Shown: piece after piece, positions 1-13,300 of the stretch | Numbering within the stretch: position 1 is the first letter of the stretch | How the letters are laid out: every line of letters begins with the position of its first letter | Origin: Azolla caroliniana | Taxonomy: Eukaryota > Plantae > Polypodiophyta | Assembly (NCBI GenBank): GCA_043228905.1 | Contig: JBHGNT010000009.1 | Coordinates: 8,866,001-8,930,000 of the forward strand | DNA length: 64,000 bases | Reading direction: 5' to 3' | Made by a program: the position numbers and the translations under genes | Notes under the pieces: model-generated | Seen by the model: the letters and a program-made list of their open reading frames with translations, nothing else | The model's database searches: none | Told to the model about the DNA's origin: nothing

Positions 1-188
1 AGTTATATTGGAAGGTTCGGTTGAAGACGGTTGTGACAATCTATTGCGGGGTGGCTACACTTACCACCGAGAGGATGTGGTACCACTAGAGAGCCCACAC
101 ATTGTCAGAACAAGTAGTGAAGTCTCATTAGAAGGTGCTCTTCAGCACTTGGTGGTGGTTACATGAGACACCCAATAAGAAGAGGAAG

Positions 189-317
189 GTATATGTATAT
201 ATGTATGTATGTATGTATGCATGTATACTTGCCATTCATGAATGTGTATATAATATATGTATGTATACATATACATATGTATGCGTGTATATATGTATAT
301 GTTTGTGTGTGTGCGCG
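189..317. repeat. Compound (TATG)n/(TA)n/(TG)n microsatellite
   Basis: Directly visible. Confidence 0.85.
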
Positions 318-2341
318 TGCTCTTTTTTCATCAAAACCCAAATTAGAGGGAGGGTACCCTAATTCACAATTTCACAATTTTGATGGGAGGGGTGCATAAT
401 AGTCAACCCCATTCATAGTGAAACAATAAAGATTCTTTCAATTTAAATTATATGCATTTAGCTATATATAAATCTAAGGAGGATTTGAGCTACAAAGAGG
501 ATAGCATCAAGCCACATATAGGATTCTAGCATAATAGGTTTGAATCTGGCAAATTATGGTGATTTTGTGACACCTCGTCGGCAAGTTATGCATCTTTGCT
601 TGGTGCTCGTCTCCTTTTGACAAACCCCATATACATTTTCCCTTCTAATCTCTTCTCTTTTAGAATGATAATGAAAACTCTTGATTTTTACATTTTCCCT
701 TGGTTTCATTGTGGACGATACTTTTTAGTTTTGTAATTTTTGTATATTCACAATGGACTCAAGTGAAAGCTCAATCTACTCATTTTGTAATTTAGTCAAT
801 TCTCTCTTGATACATACACTAACTAAGCACATGATAGATGGTAAAGAGCTACCATAAGGATGATGATCGTATTCACGGAATAAATATGTGGATATTCAAG
901 AGTTAGCATAAAGTTGATGGTGTGAGGATGAGTGGTTTGTGTTTAGGAGGTAGACTACATAGGGGTGATGTGATGAGTATGTAACCCTAAACCCTCAACA
1001 AAAGCAAAAAAACAATAATATAGATTTTTTGCTTTTGTTTTTTCTTTTCATTTAGGAAATGATGTTTTGAGTTTGTTGTATGAAATCCCAATGTTATTTA
1101 GCCTCCACTTTAATGAAGAAGTGATTCATGTTTTGATGCATTGACATTCGAGTTTCTAACCTAAGACCAAACTTATCTACGATTCTTTTAACCTGTTGAG
1201 GGTTCGAATCCCATTTTCTCTTCTCTGAATAACAAGAGTGACACAAGTTGCTGTCTGCTGCTCTTGCCAACCAACCCATTTCGTGAAATTCCCCTCTAGC
1301 TCAAGAAACAAGGTCATAGCCAAGCGGCACTCAAGCAGAATAACATAATACTTCAGGATGAAACTCTTTTTTGAATTTCATGTATTTGCACATCATATGA
1401 TCAAGTCACAATAATAGCATCATCAATTCACAAGTAAAAAACAAATTTCACACTTTCCTTTCATCCATTCTCTCACCCTAGCATTGAGCTATTTTTTGCA
1501 AAGCTTGCCTCCACCAGATCCCCCACAATATCTGTAGTAGATTTTGTCGACAAAGGTCCGAGTCTGTCAAATTATGGTGATTTTGCAACACCTCCGCCAG
1601 ATCCCCCACAATATCTGTAGTAGATTTTGCAAGTTTAGTCTGGGTCAGAGTGGTTGGAAGAGATACGTAAAGAGTTGTAACAGTACTCTAGTGAATGTAG
1701 AGATTTCAGGGTTCCCCTACTCCTGATGGTGCCTAAGGAGGCCAGCATGACCAGCCAGTAGCTCAAAAGATAAGGCCATGTCCTTGATTATTGCATAGTC
1801 TGAGCCTACTTTGTAACCAAAGCATCGATTCCCTTATTGAGAAAGGTAACCTTGAGCCTGAGAGGTTTCTGGTTTCATGAACCATGAAATTTGCAAATTG
1901 CTTCATGGCTCAAGCTTCATAGCTCAATATAGAATCACAATTGTTCATGCTATTCACAAAAATTACATAACAAGCTGGCACAGTTCGATGCTACTTTCAA
2001 TCACAATTTTTTTTTAAATTTACAGTAGTCAACAAATAAAAATGGGATTGGCGTTCTCTAGAAAAATCCATCCATGTAAACTAACCTAAACTAACTGGCA
2101 AATTGTCAGATGTCAAAAGTCAAAGAGCTTATGTCATCACTTTACACAATTCGATATTTGTCCATTTTAAGCAAAGCAAGAAAAACACACTCAGGGAACT
2201 CTTGCACAAGAAATAATTCCGTAGTAATATTGTCCTCTCCCATATTATATAAACACATCAGGGAGGGTGCCAGAGCAAAATAAAATATTGACTGTGCCCG
2301 TTGCTTTCCAATATTTTTTTGGCTTTTAAAATCCCATCGGA

Positions 2342-2458
2342 TTATTTTCTCATGTTGCCATGATGATCACCATCACATGCCATTGGAAACTCCAAACCTG
2401 AACCAGTATGCCCAACAAAATTTGGGCACATCCATGTAATAGGGTTGGGCCCTAAAAT
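2342..2458 (-). CDS. PAT16: PAT16-like exon 7 (terminal)
   Basis: tgcag|[25 protein letters not shown]...MRK then TAA. Confidence 0.9.
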   Translation of the reverse strand: MLGPNPITWMCPNFVGHTGSGLEFPMACDGDHHGNMRK

Positions 2459-5400
2459 CTGCAAAAAACATGCAAAATGTTTAGAAGTATGAATATACCA
2501 CTTTGAGATCAAAATGCAATGAGCTTTAAGGAAATATATAAATCCAAGGTGAAAGAAAAAATATAAGTTCAAAAAATGGTGTATAAACAATTCAATTCAT
2601 AATTAGAGTCTTTAACATTAGTCCATTTATGATTTTGTCGTCTTCCAAGTGATAAATTGGTGAATTTATTTCTTTATTTCTTTCTTTATTTATTTATTTA
2701 CACACACACAGATACAAATATATCCATGTAGGAAAAAGTTGTATTACCGCTATGAGATTTGAAAAATATCCAATATCGTAAGGATGCTCATAGTCCTGCC
2801 CTGTTTTTCCTGTGAGAGAATGGGTCCTCACACCCTCATGGTACTGCACTGCCCAGAAAAACAGAAGCAAAATTTAAGACTCCTTTAAAAATCCTTGCTT
2901 AGATTGTGAAAGAATGAACCCTGCAATTCTGAAATCTGGTATATATACACTCGCAGACAGACACAGTCACAGACATGCACAAAGATTCCACTAACTTCTT
3001 TCCAGTGAAATTTTACCATACATCTTGAAAGCCTAAAGCAGCTTTAAGAAAAGATAAATCAAAAACACATAAAATTTGAGAAATTGCCATGAACGCAATA
3101 AAGGAAATCTGGATGATCAAAAGCATAGGAAACCCAAAAATAATAATGTTGACATTGTGGAGACTGAAATGTAGAGCATTGTAGAACCTCCAAACTACAT
3201 ATTCAATATTTTTCAACAAGCAGATATTTACAAACACATGGCATGCATAATCACGACAGAAAACAAACACCAATATTTTTAAATTCCTATTCCATTGGCA
3301 AACTTCAGAAATAAATTTGACATGATAGATGCAGTTTAATACCTCAATTGTTGTCTTGTTATTCAAGAGCAAATAGATGTGCCATCCTAGAAGAACAATA
3401 AGAGCAATTGAGAGTGGGGCAATAATAGTTGCAGACATGACCTGTCCAAAACAAAATAAAGGAATATATCAATCATCACCTGGAAGAAATTCCCACATAA
3501 CTCTAACACAACAAGCAATTCATCTGGATTACTTTCAGAAGAGCTGATGTTGAAACAGACGTGTTGACAGGTGCCTGAGTTGAATCTCTTCTGTTTTCAT
3601 CAGTATCTCTGAGAAAGTCTAGAGTATAACCTGCAATAAGTATCTGCAGTTCCAAAGAACAACTATGTATGGTGACATATACTTGTGTAGTTCTCATAGC
3701 ATACCATACAGATTAACATCATCTTTCAACAAATGTTATTTAATTGATGAAAATTTATGCTTACCAGAGCATAACAACATGCCAAAACAACATAGAGGAC
3801 AAAAAGAAAGAAATCCTTGTAGTTATTGTTGCCAACACAATTATTGATCCAAATACAATGATGATCCTGAAAAAAAGTCAAAAAGAGCAACCCCCCAGAT
3901 TTGGTTATATAGTGTGTGAGTTAAGGCTGTAGAAATAGAAGCACATTTTCAGGAAGTCAGAAAATATTTGTAAAGATCAAGCACACTAATTGCAGGCTAC
4001 ATATACTTTGTTCATAAGGTTAAAGGCAAAAATATATATATATTGTTTAATGCATTTTCATAGAACTGAATCCAATAGTGTTTATAGATGTACCATCCTC
4101 AGCACACATCGCTTGCATACACGACAATGATGAGCCCGAGGAGGCTTGTAGACACCACATTTTTGGCAATATCTTAGATCTCCACCCTGAAACAAGTCAG
4201 AACAAATGTAATCATATGTTAAAGATGCTAAATAGAAATATTGTTTACCCTATATTCACGACAACATTCAGAAGAGTTGGATATAGGTACATCCCCAAGA
4301 GAAGATATGAAAACCTTAGAAACAATTATACTAATGAGAACTCACAGTTGCCCCTAAGACGCTGCCAAATTTTGCTGATTTGCTATTTATTACACTTTTG
4401 CTAATTGCTATGGTTGAATAGACTCTTGCTGAATATTTGTTTTTTCTTTCCAATCCACCATATTTGCTACAAAAACAATTAACATTGGGCTTCCATTCAC
4501 CAAAGTAGTGAGGTGAATGGACGTTCTTTTTAATATTGGTTCATTGTGAACCATTAGGTCTGATTTAGGAAAATTCCTTGAATGATATAAGCAATTTTCT
4601 TATTGAGGAAACAGAATCATGGAATCATGTTTTTCAGTTCGAAGATTTAAGGAAACACTCATCTTTTCCAATAGTATAACTCAAACTCCTTTTAAAGAAA
4701 TTACAAATAAACCTGCATTGAACAAGGCATTCTGATAAATAAGCTTGCTGCCATCGGTGGCTGATCCAAATACACATACCTATGAAGTCACAGATCAACT
4801 ACCCCTGTATGATGAAATGAATTTTGATTACATGAGAAACAAACAGCTTTCCTTAAGTTCACACGAGCTTGAGGTAAATGGTAACCAAGAATGCAAAATA
4901 TCTCAGGAACTCCTGCTTTGCCCATGTTGCAAGTAACCCCTGATTACGACAAGCAGCAATCCTTTTGTAGAATGATTGTAAGTCAAAAATTTAGGGGCCA
5001 CCATAAGATCTCTATCATGCCTTTGCATAACTTGTCATAATGCCCACACAATTACTGGGGAAAATATTCAAAGACTATTGCAGCTACTGCAAAGGATCCT
5101 TTTAAGTGATTGACTAGGTTGAGGATACCAAGAAGGCTCTTACGTCTCATATTTGTCTGGGGTTCTGGCAAAGAGTGAATAATTTAAGTTAATCTATGAA
5201 AGAATGACATGATCTAGGAAACAAATCCATTTTTAACTGTTTACGCAAGTTGGAAACATCACGAAATATCTTAAAACATATTGATAAATCATCCCATAAT
5301 CTATCATTCTAACCTATGGTTACATATGTTTGGTAATAGGTTGATAAATTATGCCAACTATGCCAAAAATTGATTCCACGTTTATCAATATATGTCATAA

Positions 5401-5805
5401 CACATTGCGGACAAAACAAGAATTGGAAAAACATATCAGCATGCATACAAAATCCTTAAAATAATGCAAACACCATAAAAGAATGAAATTTCCTTGAAAA
5501 AATTAGAGAAGCTGAGTATATACCTTCCTTTTAACTTCATGAAGTGGAACGTGATTATCTTCGACATCAGGCATGTATGACTGTGGGACTTTCCCGGGGT
5601 CTCGGAATATACAAAATCCATAACATACGATTGCCATGAAAGTAATCCAAGTGAAGGACAGGGCATTAAATAAACCAGAGGCACTACTCATGCCAAGCCA
5701 TTCTTCTATAACTAGGAACATAACTGTATAATATACCATGGAAATCAAAGCTGTTACAAGAAGAACTGGTAGTGAAGAAAGCTTCTCCATTCCTCTCTTC
5801 TCCAT
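2342..5805 (-). CDS. PAT16: DHHC-type protein S-acyltransferase (palmitoyltransferase), PAT16/PAT15-like; 7 exons, 299 aa (336 aa if the upstream in-frame ATG at 5916 is used)
   Basis: GT-AG exons 5805-5524, 4186-4094, 3866-3765, 3643-3533, 3441-3343, 2843-2748 and 2458-2342 join in frame. They give [63 protein letters not shown] and HPYDIG..NL..ILGPN motifs and four hydrophobic segments. Confidence 0.93.
2748..2843 (-). CDS. PAT16: PAT16-like exon 6
   Basis: tgcag|[32 protein letters not shown]|gtaat. Confidence 0.92.
3343..3441 (-). CDS. PAT16: PAT16-like exon 5 (TM4, TTxE)
   Basis: gacag|[33 protein letters not shown]|gtatt. Confidence 0.92.
3533..3643 (-). CDS. PAT16: PAT16-like exon 4
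   Basis: ctgcag|[10 protein letters not shown]...SALLK|gtaatc; phase 0 on both sides. Confidence 0.8.
3765..3866 (-). CDS. PAT16: PAT16-like exon 3 (DHHC motif, TM3)
   Basis: tttcag|[34 protein letters not shown]|gtaagc. Confidence 0.95.
4094..4186 (-). CDS. PAT16: PAT16-like exon 2 (Cys-rich domain)
   Basis: tttcag|[31 protein letters not shown]|gtac. Confidence 0.95.
5524..5805 (-). CDS. PAT16: PAT16-like exon 1 (TM1-TM2, DPG)
   Basis: [14 protein letters not shown]...[28 protein letters not shown] followed by gtata donor. Confidence 0.9.
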
Positions 5806-6239
5806 TTTCTCTGTTTTCCTTCCCACTTTCTGCCCTGATTTCTTCTTGTGTAATGATTCTGTTTCTTTGGGATCTGTGGATTCTGTGAAGAGATACAGGA
5901 ACCCTAATCCCTCCATTGCAATGTATCGATGTCATCAGAAGGCCAAGCATCCAACTCTCGTCGATTGAACCGATGATCTCTCATGGATCTACCCATCGCT
6001 AGCTCTGAGTTTCTGTGTCTCTCTCCTTCTCCCTGCTCTTTCTTTCTTTATGATAAATACTCAGATTCTGGGAAATTTACATAACTATGCTCCATGTCCA
6101 ATCACATACATCATTATGTATCTATGTATGTATGTATGTCCACTCACATACATACATCATTATGTACATATCTATGTATACAATGTATGTATGTATGTAT
6201 GTCTTGTTGCATGTAGGATTTCTCTTTCAAGTTAACCAT

Positions 6240-7660
6240 TTGTTAGTATAAACAAATATACATAGGGATGTGATTCTCGAGTGATCCACACTGACTGAAA
6301 ATGCCAAAAAGGGCTACCATCTTTCGAGGACAAATGGGGAGTATCTTTTCGGAGAGTGATAAACTAGACAAGCTGAGTAAGTTTAACATCTAAATCCTCG
6401 ATAAAACCATCTCGTTGTCCTTTAAAAATGTGGACCACGTCCAGCCAAATGTTATGCACCACTTCAACTAGTGAGACCCTTGATGAAAAATGGAAGAGCA
6501 ACGAGCCTTCCAAATTTAATATATCGTGGTGCTACTCCTTAATAATTCTCATCATTGTTGCATATCCTTCCTTCTTCCTAAAAATTATACCGTTACAAAA
6601 GGAACTACAAATATTGTCCAAAACAAAGTATTGGAAACATGGTCCAAAGACTTGGCATAATAATGGAATGCAGAGCGGCCAAGTGATGTCCACACTACCA
6701 TTCACCATGTGAATCACGACGGTGGGAATTAGTTGGCAAAGATCCTTAGCATATGTTTCAATACCAATTGAAGAGTCAAGGCAATCCCATGCACGATGTT
6801 TTGGTGATTCTTCTTAAAAATAGCAATGATCACAATAAGAAGATATACTCATCTTGTGCAACCACGGACAAACAAACGCGGCGCAAGGTACAAGCAACCA
6901 TTGCACATGGACTATTAGATGTGATTGTTTCCTTTCCCATAGCTTACCCCAAATGAGACAAAGAAACTTTGGCCATAAGACCAGGTTGACTCCGTTGTTA
7001 AAATGTTGTTAGTTGCATGTAGGATTCATTGCTTGGTGCTCAAAACCTTCTAACGACGTTAAAATTTACATTGCGTGCATTATAATAAGAAGCAACAATG
7101 GAGGTGAGTGTGAATGACCTTCTGAGAGATTCAAGTGTGTATAACTATTAAGTCTCATCATTGAGTGAGTAGTGTTGTAAGTTTGCACTCGCAAGGCCCA
7201 ATTCTAACTCTACCGTGATCGATTTGTTCATCTGACTCCACTCGACTAGCTTCTCATCCTTGAATCCGATGAACATAACTCCATGAAACTCTCGAGCACG
7301 ATATTGTCCATCATAATTCTAGAGTGAATACATACATAAATGGCCCCATTTGGGAGACATTTGTAATGAGTAAATTGTGTGGTTGCATTACATAGTCCTT
7401 TCAAGGTCTCTACGTTTTGGATCACCATTTTAGTTTCTTCATTTCAAAGGAAACCGCATAGCTCCTGTTGGTGGTATCTTATACTCTTTCTTGGCTATGT
7501 CATGTATAAATGAAAGGTGTCTCCTCCTCCCACATTGATCTCGAGGAAGATTAACACCAATCATGGAACATTAATTGGTTTACTCAACAATGTTTGCGAC
7601 ATTAATCTGTCATTGTTCTCTTTGCCATAACCACAAAAGTAGAATATGTGATCTTTACAG
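6240..7660 (-). mobile_element. Decayed L1/Tx1-type LINE 3' fragment
   Basis: Minus frame near 6780-6975 reads WPKFLCLIWGKLWERK...VQWLL...CDHCYF*EESPKHRAWDC, a CCHC zf-RVT motif. A (CATA)n tract at ~6100-6200 lies at the expected 3' tail. Boundaries approximate. Confidence 0.55.
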
Positions 7661-8877
7661 TATGTAAATCACGTGCTTGGATGGCAATCATGGGATATTA
7701 ATTCATCATCGCGCAATGCATTTCACAGATTATTGTGGCTATGAACTATCTATCTATGTTGTCCAGACCTAATTATGCTGCAGTACGCCACTAATCATTT
7801 GCCAATGACCTTATTGTGTACAAGCCAAAACCAGAATCTCTTCAACACAGACACACTGCTTCGTTTAAATTAACTCGATAATTAGCACGCCACTTACAGA
7901 TTAATGACAATTACTTAGAGCTACACCCAATTAATTAAAGACCCTATAGTCTCCAAATTTAAACAGTTTTGGTATTTACCTAGCAGAATGTCCTTAAATT
8001 CACAAGTACCTGTCCTTTAAAGTTTTCATCATGGACACAGTCTAGAGCATGGGAACCATGGGATTTTCCGCTTAGTAGCATTCTGGAAATGTCTATTATT
8101 ATTCTTATCATCATTGTCTGAATTTGTACGCATTTAACTATAGCAATGCATACAACAACATTCACGAGATAGAATAAGGAGCTTCATACTGCAAAATTAG
8201 GAGCTAATTCAATCATAATCCATTCTCCAACTAGCTAATTTCATATGCAGAGGATCGCAATCCTTCCTAGACAGTGCAGAGGGACATGAGAGTGCAATTA
8301 TTTCAGTGCCGCATGCGCCACATACTACTTACTACTCATTTGAATGTGGTAAAGGCACGTTCAAGCGACCTAATGAATTCAACCTTGGGAAATTAAAAGA
8401 CCTAACTAAATGCGTTCTATGACCCCATAACATACACAAATATATATATATATATATATGTCTCATTTACAACACAATCCTAGCCTAATTCTCATCAGAA
8501 ACATGCAGATGTGAGAATATATATATATATATATACTTGACGCTTTATATATATATATAATTTGTTTCCATGTAAGGCATACATAAAATTGAATGACAAT
8601 CAGAAAATCAAAGAGAAAGGAAAAATCTTATGACGGAACTGAAGCAATGTATAAGGAAGGCCTACAAAGCTAAAATATATGTGTGTGTGTATATATATAT
8701 ATATATATTTCTCGAATAGTAGAAAATTTTTAAATAAAGATTTATATATATATATATTATATATTTAATCGAATAATTCATTGTGAATGATGATTACACA
8801 ACAATTAAAAATCTTCTGGGGCTATTTTTTTAAATGAATATATATATATATATATATATTCATATGCATTCCTTTTT

Positions 8878-10346
8878 TCACTGATGATGTTGGTTATGAT
8901 GATGGTGGTTATAATGAGCAAGGGAAGAGTGAACTTGCATGAGGAGGTAGAAGCAATCGTCGATGGGCGGCCGCTGCTCGGGGTCGGGATCAGTGAAGCG
9001 GCGTTCGAGGTCCTTGAGATGGTCGGGGACATGCGGGAGGCCGCATGTGCGGATGAGATGCCCGAGCCCCCACACGTCGACCTTGAGGCCGTGGGGTCCA
9101 CGGCACATCTCAGGCGCGTGGTCCGCAGGCGCCAAGCGGTGCGGGTAATAATAGTACTGCTGCTGCTGCTGCTGAGAAGACGTGGATGATGAAGCCGACG
9201 AACCCTCCTCGAACACCGCATCCTCGAAGTCTATGAGGAACCACTCGTCCTCAATGTCGCCCCTCTTCATCACATTCTCCCACCGGACATCTCGATGCAT
9301 CAACGACATGCTGTGCACCGACACGAGCGCGGTGCACACGCACTTCAGAGCTTGAAGCAAGGCCTCGACCGTCCCAGGCCTCACAGGCTGCCCCCTCGGC
9401 TTGAATGCTAGCGAGAGTCCGGCCTCGTCGTGCTTCACGAGCCGCTCCACGCACGGGACCCGCTGCTCCGCCAGGAGCTCGTACACATGCTTCACGGCTG
9501 CCCACCGGCGGCGGCTCGGGTAGCTCTTCCTCACCTGGGACACCATCACCTCCACCACCTTGCTGCTTCCGCTGTGCGCGCGGCTGTAGTCGCTGTGCAC
9601 GTTCCGCAGCCGGCCGCACGCATCAGCGAGGAGAGGTAGGAGCTGCGCCACCCGCCAGCATGGCACGAGGCAGCTGAAGCGCTCGGCCGGGTTGGAGAGG
9701 CTGATCGTGGCGAGATCCGTGCACAGCAGCTTCTCGTGCTGCTCACCTTCCCCTTTGCTCAGGGCGCAGAACGTAACCTTCATGCCGATGGCATAATAGC
9801 CGAGAATGTACGGCAGCTCGCCGTATGTCCAAAGAAGCTTGTTGACGAGGCGGATGGCCGGGTCGTCGCTCCCCACCGAATTGTTGCTGACGAAGCCCCG
9901 CTCCTCACCCCTCCATAAGCACAACTTCCGAACCAGCCCACACATGTTGGCCCGCTCCTCCTCGCACGATGAACTATTGTTCCGGTCGTTGTTCCGGATC
10001 AGCTCGATGTCCTCGGTGCAGAACACTTTGACGATCCGGTTGATGCAATCGTCCCACAGCCCGATCAGGAAATCCTTCTCCACCCCTAGCTTTACCGATC
10101 GGAGCAATGGTGCCACGACTTCGTATACGATGGATCGGCAGTCGGTATCGTTGGAAGCAACGAAAAACGCATCCCGACCATGCGGGAGATCCATAAACAC
10201 ATCGGTTCTCACTGGGAACCGGAGATCCCGTGGCGGAGGTTCACTGAAAAGGAATGGCAGCTCCGAGAGATCCGGCAGTTGAGTAGATGCCGAAATCTTC
10301 AGGCAACTGAGGTAGTAACTTGTTCGATCCCGAAGAATTGCCGCAC
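8878..10346 (-). CDS. Exon 3: REase-like domain and CRN8-like kinase
   Basis: ttccag acceptor at 10347; LWDDCINR..LWRGEER..KLLWTYGELPYILGYYAIG; kinase motifs HRDVRWENV, LIDFED, APE, KVDVWGLG, DPEQRP. Confidence 0.92.
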
Positions 10347-13300
10347 CTGGAATCGTAGGATGGAACGGACGCAACAATTTAAGTATATATAAATCATGGA
10401 GAGAATTTGAACATCAACATATCATAAAACACCAACTATATTCTTTATGCTTGATCATAACCTACTCATTGGTGTTGGTTGTATTATTACACACATCGAG
10501 TCTCTAAAACTAACAGGATATATCGAGTCCATGACATTCATTAAGGAGTTTAAAATCACAACAACGTTGGGGGGACGGATGTTTTGCTAATTATATTAAC
10601 TTATAATAATGGCATGATAAACGTGGAGTGAACATCTTTAAATTGATTAGATCTAAGTACTAACCATCGGTATGGCTGAATTATGGTACTTCATCCTTTG
10701 GTAAGCCATAAACATTTTAGAATGAATATAACTAAAAATATTGGTAATTGCTAGTATGTCGTGACCCAACTAATGAAGTATCAAGTTAAATTGGCACTCA
10801 ATGCAACGTTAATAAACATTAAAACCATCCTACTTACACTACCTACAAATGTTTGATGGTTGGAAACGCTAGTCCCAATTTCTAGAAAAGTGTGTGAAAG
10901 CACATGCAGGTTGTTCTAGAATGAATCAATCAATTATCCATATGGATAGGCTAGGTCATTCTATATTAAGTGAAGAAAAATTTACAATAAGGTTAATTCA
11001 GTTTCAAATAGCAAAACATTTTAGCATGCATGAAAACATTGACATGCATATATTTTCTACAATACACATGAATTCTTTCAATGCTCCTATGTGTAAGTTT
11101 AATAAAAAAAACCAATCATATATCAACCACCACCAGTAAGTAGGTCAATTCTAATAAATGACACCTTTATCTCTCTCTCTCGCTCTCTCCCATGGTTTGA
11201 GATACTTTCCACTGTTATCATCATCTCATTGTTTATATTTTTGTTTTCCCCTTTAGATTTTGCCAAACCAGCTCATGCAGTGCAAAAACCATGTAAGTCT
11301 TGCAAACATGACAGACTCCACATCAAATTAATCATTACATACATTTACCTTCGTTGTCTTATCCATATAAGGTTTGATACAAATAATAGTGCGACTCTGG
11401 TATCATGCATTTCTTAACGAAATGCCATTAGAGTTTCTAAAAACACTTAGACGGTCAAGTTATGTAAATAACGATAGTGCAACTAATCCAGGAAGAGTAT
11501 ATGTAACCAACTACACATACTTTCACTCTCTCGTTTATATGACTTATATCATTTTGGCATTGTTTAGATAGTGCTCCCAAGCTTCTGGTTCCTTTTGGTC
11601 TCTTAATATTGCTTGCCAGCCTTATGAAGTGAATGTTGTTTAACTACAAGTCATATTTATAGACATCTGTCGTCTGAATTCAGTCTTCAATCCACCGAGA
11701 CCTCCCGAATTCGGTTTTCATTCCAGTACTTATTGCACCCGAATGACATTGATAAACATGATATCCAGGTATTCAAAGCTTAGCCTTGCCCGTGGTGAAT
11801 CAGTAAGATAATCTTATATTGTTGCATATACTACACCAGATATACTTTCTAAGACTCCTGTAGAATGAATGGACTATTTGGCTATATAATATACACATGT
11901 GCGTAGATTTTGCCTACCTACATACTCGAGTGTTTGTTTACACAAAAATGACATGGGGTGTGTGTATGTGAATGTCTGTGTGGAAGAAATAGAGAGCGAT
12001 GGAAAGACAGGCAAGGAAACTGGAGAGGGAGTTCATAACGCCCAATGGCATGGATACTGAAAATTAAGCTTTATTTCTCAAGTGCTTAGCTACATGTACT
12101 AACGTTAGGTCATCCTCTAAACCTAAGGCTACATACATGTACTAAAGTTAGGTCATGCTCTAAAGTCTAAACACTAATCAGTGAGGGTAGGGTCAATAAT
12201 CCGACGATGTAAAGCACTCTTTTCTTGCGTAAATGTACCGGGGGTTTATCAATGGCCTGAAAGATTTTCCTCCTTTTTGTTTTAAAAAGTTTGAGCACTA
12301 AATTTATCCATGCTTTCAATATTTAGCCATCTCCAATATCCACCGTACGTCCCACATATATGTACGTATGTACATGATGTACGTGTGAGAGCGAGCTGGT
12401 TAGAAGAAGGCAGAGGGAAGTACGATGAATGTAATATGTATACGCATGTACATGTAGTAGATACGTACGGGAACACATACATACATACATCGCCTTCCTA
12501 TACCTAGTATAGGAAGGCGTATGATAAAAGATAAAAGTGACGGAAGCAGAAGGAGAGAGAGAGGTATAGTTGATTAAGTATGTACATGGATACACACCAG
12601 AGAAGGATACGTAGGATATGCGTGTGTCATGAATGTAAAAGAATGATGGGTCACAAATAGATAGTAGCATGTCATGAAATGGGTGGGGGGGTGTAGTGCC
12701 AGAATATGATGACGATGACAGAAATACGATGAAGATAATAATAATAATAATAATAAACAGCAGTAAATGAAATCATTCGAGGAGCAGAGAGTTTTTAAAT
12801 GTATGCATGAAATGAAATGATTAAGAGAGAGAGAGAGAGAGAGAGAGAAGGAATTGATATGTACATACATACATATGTACATACCTGAATTGATGGGCGG
12901 TGGTGCTGTGGTGGATGATAGCAGGTGGTGCTGATTGAGATGAGTGTTTGATGGTGGTGGTGAGGATATACTGCTGAACAGATTTGAAGGCGGAGGTGGT
13001 GGTGGTGGCGGCGGAGTTGTGGTTAGTGGCGGAGTTGTGTTCATACGGCGGCCGAAGACCTTGATGACTTGGCCGGGCGTGAAGGTGTGGGTGGAGAACC
13101 CCCTCAGCCTCCCCGCCTCGAACACCTCGATCGCATTCCCTGTCAAGCTCTCATCCAGGAACACCAGCTCGTCTGCATTCAGGAAGCTCACGCTCTCCAC
13201 CTTCAATCTCCCTGCAACCGCCGCCAGAGATGGCGGCGGCGGAGATGACGAGGACGATGCTGCTATGTTCCTCACCAATGTGCTGCTGCTGGTGTTGTGC

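Noticed and set aside
2-166. Open frame VILEGSVEDG...LVVVT* at the window edge
   Set aside because: No recognisable motif and truncated by the window; cannot be assigned
1175-1220. tRNA gene (GGTTCGAATCCC B-box)
   Set aside because: No A-box or cloverleaf; at most a SINE remnant
6206-7026. 15-bp direct repeat GTTGCATGTAGGATT as a LINE TSD
   Set aside because: LINE-like sequence appears to continue beyond the right copy, so the boundary is not supported
8470-8510. Hammerhead ribozyme core (CTGATGAG on the minus strand)
   Set aside because: No stem II or GAAA follows
8805-10392. Overlapping and antisense ORFs over exon 3 (likewise over exon 1 and the copia elements)
   Set aside because: Shadow ORFs of GC-rich coding sequence with no recognisable motifs
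11640-11860. Additional exon in intron 2
   Set aside because: All three frames after the candidate acceptor hit early stops, and exons 2 and 3 already join in phase
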